From: a virus
IMG/VR virus record: IMGVR_UViG_3300034102_001457
Coordinates: 15,858 to 79,857 of that record
Strand: one strand, 5' to 3'
DNA: 64,000 nt
Below, in pieces: positions 28,815-39,100 of the stretch (the stretch's first letter is position 1; the number at the start of each line of letters is the position of its first letter). The notes beneath the pieces are model-generated. The model did not search any database, was not told the DNA's origin, and was given only the letters and a program-made list of their open reading frames with translations. A program made the position numbers and the translations under genes.

Positions 28815-29795
28815 ATGGCAGAGATATTAATTAATTCACAATCACCGATTGTCCATCAGATCTTTTGGAATGGTGACATTGCAGTTGCTGACGCTTTACC
28901 TGTTGTAAAAATATATGACGTAACGCTAGATGCAAGAGTTAGCCCTGCCGTACTCCCAACAACCGTACTTGCAACAATAACCTCTACACTAGACGAAAAT
29001 AATCCTGGAACGTATGTGGTTAACGTGCCCTATGCTCTTACAAATAGAAACAAAACATTAAAGGTAAATTGGGAATACTCCGTAGGAGGGGTGGCGGTAG
29101 TAAGATCAGATGATGTACAGGTAGTAACTCCATACATAGACTTCAACTATATTCAAGATCTTGGATATAGCACAGATTCTTCAGACCCGTCATATAAGTC
29201 TTACAAAGAATTAATTAGAGCAGAAAGATATGCTCGTAAACAAATAGAAGAATATACAGGTCAGAAGTTTTATCTCTATGACGAGACTTTGACGGTATAT
29301 GGGTATGAGTATGATACTCTTCCATTGCCAGCTAAAATTTATCAACTTCACACATTGTCTGTAAACGACATACTTCTCAGAGACAATATTAATAATATTG
29401 ATAATTGGAACTTCCCAGTTCAAATTTCTGAGAGCGGATATTCAATTAGAATCAATAGAGCAGGAATGGTAGACAATACCGTATATACTGCTAACGGAAT
29501 GGTTCCTCCAAGTATTCACGATTATTCAGGAGTGTTTCACTCTGGAGTTCCTTACAAAGTATTTGCAAGATTTGGCTGGGAGAAAGTTCCTGAGAACGTA
29601 GAATTAGCAACAGCTGAATTGATGAAAGATTATTTTTCTAAGGATACTATCTGGCGCAACAAGTACGTAAAGTCTATATCTACATTCGATTGGGATTTTG
29701 AGTACACTGGAGATGCCTACACTGGCACAGGAAACGCCCTAGCAGATAATCTTTTAGCCGACTATGTCTTAACAATTAAAGCAGAGATTATATAA
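28815..29795 (+). CDS. Head-tail adaptor (putative)
   Basis: AERYARKQIEEYTGQKF, FGWEKVPENVELAT; position. Confidence 0.7.
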   Translation: MAEILINSQSPIVHQIFWNGDIAVADALPVVKIYDVTLDARVSPAVLPTTVLATITSTLDENNPGTYVVNVPYALTNRNKTLKVNWEYSVGGVAVVRSDDVQVVTPYIDFNYIQDLGYSTDSSDPSYKSYKELIRAERYARKQIEEYTGQKFYLYDETLTVYGYEYDTLPLPAKIYQLHTLSVNDILLRDNINNIDNWNFPVQISESGYSIRINRAGMVDNTVYTANGMVPPSIHDYSGVFHSGVPYKVFARFGWEKVPENVELATAELMKDYFSKDTIWRNKYVKSISTFDWDFEYTGDAYTGTGNALADNLLADYVLTIKAEII

Positions 29796-30223
29796 TGAGT
29801 AGCATCGTAGACTCTGTCTTGTCTATGAATTTAGATGTTTATAGACAGTTTGAAACTCAGGATCCAGATACTGGAGCAATCGTAAAAGAGTGGAATTACT
29901 ATAAAACAATTGCATGTCACGCAAAGGGTGTAATTAGCAACTCTGCAACTACCAGATCTAGCGATAAACAAATTTTTTCAAATAAGTATTTAAATGATCA
30001 AGTTATTCAAGTAAGAACTTCTGAAAAATTAACAATCAGAGAAAAGGTAACTAACGTAAGAGATGTCGAGGGGAATACAATTTGGAATGAAATTAACTAT
30101 CCAAACGAGACCCCAACAGTATTTGAAGTAATGGGAACAACACCAATAACAGATCCATTTGGAAGAGTGATTGCTTATAACTCATCCCTAAAGAGATCGG
30201 AGAATCAGCAAATTGGACAATAG
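29795..30223 (+). CDS. Head-closure/stopper protein (putative)
   Basis: QDPDTGAIVKEW motif, size and position. Confidence 0.6.
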   Translation: MSSIVDSVLSMNLDVYRQFETQDPDTGAIVKEWNYYKTIACHAKGVISNSATTRSSDKQIFSNKYLNDQVIQVRTSEKLTIREKVTNVRDVEGNTIWNEINYPNETPTVFEVMGTTPITDPFGRVIAYNSSLKRSENQQIGQ

Positions 30224-30995
30224 CGGAATGCTGATTCAAGCAGCAAGCGGACTTGAAAGAATGATGTACTCTAATCAAAACGGACCATTAAAAGATAGTA
30301 CAGTAGCTCAAATATCAGCATACGTATATTATGAGGCAGCAGTTATATCTAAGCTAACCACCAATAGAGCATTTCAAAATTCATTTGGCAAGCTAATGTT
30401 TGATCAGATAAATCTTGATTTTGGAAACTATATAGATGCATTGGCTAGAAGTAAGCCTAAGTCATTACACCACGTTTACGAATGGAAGAAGACGGGCAAC
30501 AAGTCAGCCAGACTATTTAAATTAAACAAGGGCGTACAGGTAGGATTATCATTTAGCATCAACTATCAGTTTTTGCCATCCAGAACAATAGTCCCATCAT
30601 CCAATGGTAAAAGAAGACATATGTTTATTGGCAAGGCTTCAGTCATGGAAAGAGGAGAGCCTTTGGTAATTAGGCCAAAGAACGCAGAGCGACTTGTTTT
30701 TGAGATAGATGGCGAAACGGTATTTATGCCAAAAGGAGCTTCGGTTACAGTTAAAAGACCTGGAGGCTCAGCGGCACGTAATCAATTTACACTAGCTCAT
30801 TCAAGATTTTTTAGTGGCAATTTAATAAATGATTCAATCAAAAGATCTGGCTTTCAAAGACTATTCAACTCAAGCATAACAAAAGCACTAGGAGTACCAT
30901 CAAACATTAAAAGAGTTCAGTATTCATTTTCAGCAAATACTATTAGATCTCAGGCTGACGAAGCCTTGACCCTAGCATTCGGAGGTGCAATGTGA
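30213..30995 (+). CDS. Neck/tail completion protein (putative)
   Basis: Basic 260-aa ORF between stopper and terminator. Confidence 0.5.
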   Translation: MDNSGMLIQAASGLERMMYSNQNGPLKDSTVAQISAYVYYEAAVISKLTTNRAFQNSFGKLMFDQINLDFGNYIDALARSKPKSLHHVYEWKKTGNKSARLFKLNKGVQVGLSFSINYQFLPSRTIVPSSNGKRRHMFIGKASVMERGEPLVIRPKNAERLVFEIDGETVFMPKGASVTVKRPGGSAARNQFTLAHSRFFSGNLINDSIKRSGFQRLFNSSITKALGVPSNIKRVQYSFSANTIRSQADEALTLAFGGAM

Positions 30996-31522
30996 CGGCT
31001 AACTACAAGTTGGATGCAATGCTAGAATTAAGAAAGTATCTATGGGAAGAGTTATCCAGCAGAGAGATATTTGACGCAGATGATTACTGGAGCGATAACC
31101 TAAACGAGAATATTGTCCCAATTATTCCAGTTCAGCAGGCTCCAGAATTAAATCAATTTATGAGCGGAAAGAAGCATATTGTCTATGACAAGATCGGGAT
31201 GTCCTACGATGATAACTGGCTAATATGCTGTGAGCAGATTCTGTTTACCGTATATTCAACTGCGGTGGCAGAGATAAATGAGATTAGAAATTACATGACA
31301 GATGAGTTTAGAAGAATGGACGAGTCGGCTAGAGATATAAACAGATGGGCAGGACTTTCAGATAAGTTTAAATTCCATAGCGTACATATAGCCGACATAT
31401 CCCCAACGGCGCCATCTGAAGAGCTTCAGGGATTCTTCTCTTCTGAGATTATCCTAGAGATAAAGTACTCAAGAGACACAGATACAAATGGGGCTTCAAG
31501 CACACTGGGCAGATTCCTCTAA
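30992..31522 (+). CDS. Tail terminator (putative)
   Basis: Size and position immediately before the major tail gene. Confidence 0.55.
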   Translation: MTANYKLDAMLELRKYLWEELSSREIFDADDYWSDNLNENIVPIIPVQQAPELNQFMSGKKHIVYDKIGMSYDDNWLICCEQILFTVYSTAVAEINEIRNYMTDEFRRMDESARDINRWAGLSDKFKFHSVHIADISPTAPSEELQGFFSSEIILEIKYSRDTDTNGASSTLGRFL

Positions 31523-31525
31523 GGT

Positions 31526-31554
31526 TTGCGTTTTTACCCATACTAATATAAACT
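31526..31554 (+). promoter_or_regulatory. Promoter for the major tail gene
   Basis: TTGCGT-N17-TAAACT. Confidence 0.5.
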
Positions 31555-31635
31555 TGGCTTAAGAGGAAAGAAGCCTAGCCAGCTTGAATTTAAGATTTAA
31601 ATATATATATATTGAAATATAGGAGGAAAAAAACT

Positions 31636-32346
31636 ATGGCACAATCCGTAGGTAATGCTAGAAATATTCTAGTCGGTGCATCACCACTGTTCTTGTCAAC
31701 TATTGACGTTAACGACGCTGATTACATCGAAAACGCAGAAGCAGGCGTTGCTATTGCAGCAGGCACTAAGACTGTCGGCGTACCAGCATTTGCATCAGGC
31801 GTATCATACGCTAACACACTAAATGCCGTCGATCAGACAGCAGGAAAGTTTGGATACCGTAACGTTGGTTTTACTAACAATGGTCTTCAAATCACATACA
31901 ACCCAACATTCGACTCAGTAACTGTAGATCAGTTGCTTGATACAGCTAAGCTGTTCAAGTCAGCGATGGAAGTTATGATTGCAACAGAAATGTCAGAAGG
32001 TACTCTTGAGAACATTGCAACAGTATTCGGACAACCAGCATCAACTCTTTCAGACAATGGTTTGGCTGGGGCACAAAATAAGAAGGAACTCGGTCTTGAG
32101 GCAGGTGCACTTGGTGCAGCTCCAACAGAGCGTCAGTTAATTGCAGTTGGACTAGCTCCAACAGCATCTTCAACAGCATCAGAGCGTGTATACTATGCTC
32201 GTAGAGTATTGTCTGTACAACAGTCACAATTCTCACTTGCTCGTACAACACCAACAACATTCCCAGTAACTTTCCGTTTACTCCCAGATGCTAGCTACGC
32301 TGGCTCAGAGTACGGCAAGATTATTGACCGTGTTCTAGTAGCATAA
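31636..32346 (+). CDS. Major tail (tube) protein
   Basis: AGGAGG then ATG 31636; NILVGA, NVGFTNNGLQITY.P...VDQL, EGTLEN, FPVTFRLLP. Confidence 0.85.
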   Translation: MAQSVGNARNILVGASPLFLSTIDVNDADYIENAEAGVAIAAGTKTVGVPAFASGVSYANTLNAVDQTAGKFGYRNVGFTNNGLQITYNPTFDSVTVDQLLDTAKLFKSAMEVMIATEMSEGTLENIATVFGQPASTLSDNGLAGAQNKKELGLEAGALGAAPTERQLIAVGLAPTASSTASERVYYARRVLSVQQSQFSLARTTPTTFPVTFRLLPDASYAGSEYGKIIDRVLVA

Positions 32347-32376
32347 TAAATTTAATTTATTAACTATACTACAGAG

Positions 32377-32400
32377 GCCCCTAAGAAATTAGGGGCTTTT
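32377..32400 (+). terminator. Rho-independent terminator after the major tail gene
   Basis: GCCCCTAA-gaaa-TTAGGGGC-TTTT. Confidence 0.85.
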
Positions 32401-32404
32401 GTGG

Positions 32405-32433
32405 TTGTATTAGGATATTTCTTTTAGTATAAT
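32405..32433 (+). promoter_or_regulatory. Promoter for chaperone and tape measure
   Basis: TTGTAT-N17-TATAAT. Confidence 0.65.
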
Positions 32434-32463
32434 GTTTATGAGTAGATCCTAGGAGGACCTAAA

Positions 32464-32796
32464 TTGGCAACAACAGTATATAGCGTAGAAGAGGTACAGC
32501 TTCAAAACGGTCAGACCGTAAAGCTAAAGCCACTATCAATAGCAGAGCTTCGTAAGTTTATGCTAGCAGTTAAGAGAACAGCAGAATCAGAAACAGAAGA
32601 TGAGACCCTAAACATCTTGATCGATGCCTGTGCAATTGCAATAGAAAGACAACTTCCAGAACTAGTAGCAGATAGAGAAGCATTTGAGAACGCCTTAGAT
32701 GTTCCAACTATGAATCGCATCCTAGAAGTTTGCGGAGGGATTAAGCTTGACGACCCAAACCTACTAGCGGCAGCGGTTCTGGCTGGTCAGAACTAG
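32464..32796 (+). CDS. Tail assembly chaperone (gpG-like)
   Basis: TTG start after AGGAGG; lies between major tail and tape measure. Confidence 0.85.
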   Translation: MATTVYSVEEVQLQNGQTVKLKPLSIAELRKFMLAVKRTAESETEDETLNILIDACAIAIERQLPELVADREAFENALDVPTMNRILEVCGGIKLDDPNLLAAAVLAGQN

Positions 32797-33125
32797 ACTT
32801 AGCCGCTTTAGAGGGGGAAGTTTTTTTACTAGGACATTGGAAGAATTACCAGGAACTAGAAGAAAATCTTTCAATGCCAGAACTTGTAAATACTTTAAAG
32901 GCTTTAAAGAAAAAGGATTACGACAGTAAAAAGTTTCAGGCTTCTTTAGCTGGAGTAGATATAGGCGAATACGAAGAAGAAAAGAAAACTTCTAGTTTCG
33001 ACGAGATACAGTTGAGAGCTGCAGGCATAACTGCTAGCGCAGACGATGTTGTATCACTTCAAGGAAGATTCGCAGCAGATGCTGGTTTCGGAATTGGAGC
33101 AGGACTAGGATACGTTAAGGAGTAA
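32464..33125 (+). CDS. Tail assembly chaperone, -1 frameshift fusion (gpGT-like)
   Basis: Correctly phased slippery heptamer C CCA AAC at 32754-32760; -1 frame open from 32751 to 33125. Confidence 0.8.
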
Positions 33126-33136
33126 TCTGAATACAA

Positions 33137-36100
33137 ATGGCTGACGAAACAATCAGTACCAAGATAGTCGCTAATGCCGACTTTTCAGGTCTTATCGCCG
33201 ATGTGCATAAGGTTACAGCCAGCCTATCAAAACTTCAGGAAAAATTAGCTAGCTCTAATAAGATGATGGCAAATCAAATTGCCGTCATGAACAGATCATT
33301 TTCTGACACACTAAGAAGTACAGGTCAGTTCTCCACACACTTTGTAAGTTTAACTTCAGATGTAGAAAAGTTTGGAAAAAATCTAGATAGCGGAAAGTTA
33401 AAGTTAAATCAATACTTTAATGCTTTTAGAGATCAGACTAAAACATCTGGTGGTCTTATTAGAGATCTAGCAAAACAACAGGTAGCATTACAAAACTCAG
33501 TTCTTCAGCCACTTGGAAGAAATGCACAAGGTCTTATGCAGTTCAATGTTCAGGTTCCAAGAGGACTTGATACAGTAAAGAACGCTGCAGCGCTAGCAAG
33601 AACAGAACTTCAAATTATGAATAAGGTTGTCCAGGATGGTGCTGGTCAGATTATTAACTTTGGTAAAAATACTCAGTGGACAGGTCGTCAGTTAACAGTC
33701 GGACTTACCGTACCGCTAGTAGCATTTGGCAACGCCGCTGCAAAAGCTTTTAGAGAAGCAGATCAAGAATTAGTAAGATTAACAAAGGTTTACGGTGATG
33801 TTGCAGGAACTTCTGCAGTAGAGCTTGGCAAAGTAAGAGATGATGTTGTTCAGACATCAAAAGAAATTTCACAGGCTATGGGAGTTTCCTTTAAAGAAAC
33901 AATTGCATTAGCGGCAGATATTGCAGCAACTGGAAAAACTGGAGACGATCTTTTAGGATCAGTAAGGGAAACAACCAGGCTAGCAGTGCTTGGTGAAGTA
34001 GACCGTCAAGAAGCAATGAAAGCAACACTCGCTATTCAATCAGCTTTTAAGCAAAATACAGATGAGCTTTCAGAATCTATTAACTTCCTTAACGCAGTTG
34101 AAAACCAAACTTCAACAACTCTAAATGACCTCGTAGAAGCTATTCCAAAAGCAGGTCCAGTTATTCAAGGATTGGGAGGAAGCGTACAAGACTTAGCTCT
34201 TTACTTAACTGCTATGCGTGAAGGTGGCATTAATGCATCAGAAGGTGCAAACGCATTAAAGTCAGCACTAGCGTCTTTGATTAACCCAACAGATGTAGCT
34301 GTTAAAAAGTTTCAAGGACTCGGCATAGATTTACTCGGTGTAGTAAATAACAATGCTGGAAATCTTACTGGCACACTAATGGCATTACAAGGAGCTTTAG
34401 ATAGTTTAGATCCACTGCAGAAGCAGCAAGCGATTGAACAACTATTTGGAAAGTTTCAATTTTCAAGACTAAATGCTCTTTTTGAAAACTTAGGAAGACA
34501 AGGAAGTCAGACCTTACAGGTTTTGGATTTAATGAATCAGTCTACTGCAGGATTAGCTCAGGTGGCTGATCGAGAATTAACAGCAGTAACAGAGTCAGCA
34601 TCTGGTAAATATAGAAGAGCTCTAGAAGGGCTAAAGGCTTCTCTAGCCGAAGTAGGAGAACAATTTTTACAAATTAATACTGTTTTAATTACAGTAATAG
34701 ATAAGATAGTTCAGTTTGCTATGAACTTGCCTGGCCCAGTTAAGCAGATACTAGCCCTACTTGGTGGAGTTACAGCAATAGCTGGCCCACTTATTATGTT
34801 AACTGGTCTTCTTGCAAACTTCTTTGGTAACATGGCAAAGGGTGTATTCCATATAAAGGCTTTCCTAAAAGGTGGAGAAGGCTTTAAATATTTAACCCCA
34901 GAAATGCTAGCAGCGGAAAAAGCTGGCAAGCTAGTAGAACAATCTTTTTATAGTGATGCTAAAGCAGCAGCAGTACTACAACAAGCGCTAAGAAATTTAT
35001 TAGATGAATTCTCTCTACTAGAAGCAAAGGCAAAATCTGGATCAATAGCTGTAAATCCAGCAGTCAGCACAATGGCTGGGAATCTTGTTATGGCAAGCGG
35101 AAGAGTTGTTAACCCAGCACATCCTCTAGTTGGCGCAATGGGATCTCGTGCAAGCACTCATATGGTTCCTAGATCTGGAATGACAGAGACTGAAAGACTT
35201 CAGCAAACAATATTTGGAATGGTTCCAGGATCAATCCCAGTAAATCAAAAAATTGGTCAAAACCCTCAAATATATATGAATGATAATTTGCCAGATGTTC
35301 CTGGACTTACTAAAATAGGTGGAACATCAACTGGAATTGTTGCAGGCGAAGCTGCAAAGCACCACGCAATGATGGCAACACTTGCAATGCAATCTAAAGC
35401 AGAAATAGACGAGCTTAAGAAGCAAATGGTTGCAACTGGATTATTAAGTAAAGACTTTATGAATCAATTTGATGACATATTGCCAATTGTTTCAAAGCTA
35501 ACAGATAACGCTGCAAGAGAGTCTGCGCTAATTGTTTCTGAATTACGTGCAGGTAAACTAAACGTTGAGCAAGCTAGAGCAAAAATTATAGCATTAAATC
35601 TAGAAACTGAAAGAATGATTTCTTCATCCATGCAGGCTCATGCAGTTTCAATGGGAAGAACTATAAACCCAACAATGGTTCCTACATTAAACCAGCCTGT
35701 AGTAGATGCTACTGGCAAATCTAATATGAGAGAGCTATTCAAAAAAGGAAAGACTAGAGACTTTATTAATAAAGTAGCTGGAGCCCTAGGAGTGAGAACT
35801 TCAGGAGCAGGATATAATATTGAAACAACAGTTCCAAAAAGATTAAATAGAGGAAACATTGTTCCAGGAACTGGCAATACAGATACAGTTCCAGCAATGC
35901 TTACCCCAGGAGAATTTGTTGTAAATAAAGAAGCAACCGCAGAAAATCTTCCTTTATTGCATGCAATCAATCAAGGCAACTTCGGAGGATCGGTATCTTC
36001 TGAAACTAGAAATTATGGTCCTATAAATCCAGCTCTTATGGCAAGTGTTGGAAAGATGTTTTCTAGAACTGGAAGTTTTGCTAGAAGATGGTTCTGGGAT

Positions 36101-39100
36101 ACAAGCACAGGATCAAGCCTTGCTGGACAAAGAAGTTCTTTAATTAGATCTATTTCTAAAAGACCTATTTTAAATAGAAATGGAGTTCCTTACACAGAAG
36201 CAGAATTAAGAAAAGCGCCAAAAGAAGAAATACAATCCTTATGGGCTAATTATGATAGAGGTCACGTAGCCCCACACAGATCAATCAGCGGAAGCGACAG
36301 TTACTTTGCGCCAGGAATACTCATGCCTATGTTTAGGGGCTCTAATAGATCTATGATTAGCGGTGGAGATCCTGTAGCAATTGCAAAAAGTTTAGAAACC
36401 CAATCAATTCATCCAACAGTATTTTTAGATGAAGCGGCAGAAGCATTTGGATATACGGCTGGTGCAAGAACAGATGCTGCTTATAATGCACTTGTAAAAG
36501 CTTTATATGGCAGAGGTAATAAAAAGTTTGATCCAAAGTCTGGGGACTCTTTTGAAAAATTTGCATTTGACACAATCTCTCCATTTTTAAAAAATATTAA
36601 AAACGGTAGTGGCGCAAATCTTCTAGATGATCTTTCAAGAATTGGAACATTAAGAGGAACTCAATCTAATAGATCTTCTACTGGATCTGGAATAGGTTCT
36701 ATAGGACCGTATGCAATTGCAGATGATTACTTTAATCTTAAAATGAATTCTGGTGGAATGGTTCCAGGTTACAACGCAGGCGGAGTTATAGGAAATGTAT
36801 TAAAGAGCACTGCATTTAAAAACCTAGGAGCAAAATTTGGTAAGATAGGAGATAGTTGGGGAGCCACTTCTCTATCTCTTGGCATGGGAAAGAAATTATT
36901 TGGAAGTTCAGGGCTTACTCCTAAAGCACAAAACTTAATGTATGGAAAGCTCATCAGCAATCTTGAAAAAGAAAGACCGTATGGATATGTGACAAATGCT
37001 CAAGGACATCTTCAAAGAGCTTTAGAGCCAGATATTGTAGACATACTTCTTAAATCATCAGCTAGCGATGTACTTAGTTCGGGCGGGAAAAGCTTAAGTA
37101 AAATTGATAGAGAAATATTGCGAACTAAATATGCAAACTGGGACTCAAAATCATGGACTCCATCAACGTCTAAAATAAGAAAACAAATGTTTGGAATGAA
37201 CAAGGGTGGAATGGTGCCAGGAGTTCAATACCTTAATGAAGGCGGAATGGTACAGGGCACCCAATATCTGGAAGATGGAGGAGAAGTTGCTCCCCGTAGA
37301 GGTGGAATGATAAGAGGTCTAATTGCTGGATCAGCAGTTGGCCTAGGCGGACAAATGCTTGGATCAAAGGTTGGCGGACCAATTGGAACTGCTATACAAA
37401 TAGCATCTATGATTGCAAGCATGGGAATGGGCTTTGGCGCAGGCGGAGGTACAAAAGGTGGCGGGATGGTATCTAGACAAATGGATAAAATTCCTACTCA
37501 GTTAAAGCAACCAATAGGTCCATTAAATGGATTGGCACAGGCAGCAGCAAAAACTGGAGGAAGTCTTTCAGGAATACTAAGAGTATTTGGTCCGCTTCTT
37601 AAGGGATTCTCAACATTACTTAAGTTAACTAGTCCTTTAGGATTAGCAATTACTGGACTGACCGCAGGCATAGGTTTATTTGTTAAGATAAAAAGAGAAC
37701 AAGCAAAGGCTTTAGAGACAGGAAGACTTGCATACGGTATGGATGCAGAGGCTGCTGAAAAGGCAGGCTTTAAATATACTGACTATAACGCTAAAATTAA
37801 AACAGCCATTGAAGATGCAAAAGCATTAAAAGAAAAAAATATAATGGTTTATGAAAGCATGACAAGAGCTAACGTTCCAATGACTATGACAATTGAGCAA
37901 TACAAAAAGCTTAAGGAACAAGTAAAGTCAACAATGGGAAGCTATATAGATCTATTTAGCCAAACAGATAGAAAAGATGTTGGCACAGTAGCTGTTCAAT
38001 TAAAGGCACAGTTTATGGCAGCAGGAGATTCTGCAGAAACTGCTACAGCTAAAATATTTACAATGATTAAGCAGTCTGAAAATGCTAACATGGCTGCACA
38101 GGCAATTAGCACTAATGCCTTCCAAAGCATTCAAAATATGGAGCAGGCTTCGGCACAGACAGTAAAAACTTTTGAGGCTGCAATGAAAACTGGAGATGCT
38201 GAATCGCAAGCCAGAGCATTGCACAGTGTATTCCAAGCAATGGATGCAAGCCTACAGTCAACTGTCGATGAGCAAAAGAAGTTGGGAGATACTGGAGAAG
38301 ATACTGCAAATAGAGTTGCTTCAGCGGTTGAAAATAAGTTAAATAAAATCAACCAGCTATTTGGCACTCAGGCAAATCTATCTGAGGATGTTATTAACGA
38401 AATAGGAAAGACAGACCCACTTTTGGCTGAGATGCTCAATGACACAGATACACTAAATAGCGCATGGGCTAAGTATAGATTAACTATTAGCGGAGTTGCT
38501 ATGAATTTCCAATTCATGAGTGGCGAAGCAGCAATTGCCGCAAATCAATTAAATGAAATAGTAAAGGCCCAGGTTCAGCTTAATCCTGCTGTTGTAGCCG
38601 CAAACAAAACATATAAGGGCATGACTGATGAGATTGCAAGACTTGAAAAAGCCCAAAAGGGACAATCTGTAAAAGCTCAATATAATGCTAAAGAAGAAAC
38701 CGATAGATTACAAAAACAAATTGCAGCAATTAAAAAAGCTGCTCAAGATAAAATTGAAGGAATTCGCAAAGCAACTGATGCAGAAAATACTCAGTTAGAA
38801 ATTCAGAAGGCTCAGCTAAGAGCTCAACAGCAATTAATCCAAGGCAATATGTCTGCATATGCTGAAGAGCAAATGACTATTGAGCAGTTAATGAATGAGT
38901 CTAATCGTAAAGATGCAGAGGAAGCAATTCTTGCTAAGGCCGACATTGACATTAAGCCTCTTCAGGATAAGCTAGATGCTATGGCAGACAAGCAAGAAGC
39001 CATGGCCAAGAAGGCGGCTCTTGCTGGGGAAAGCCTAACTGGACTAAGATCTAAAGCTGATACATATAATTCTGGATTAACAGAGTACACAACTAATCTT

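Noticed and set aside
32874-33125. Independent 83-aa gene
   Set aside because: No SD; better explained as the -1 frameshift extension of the chaperone
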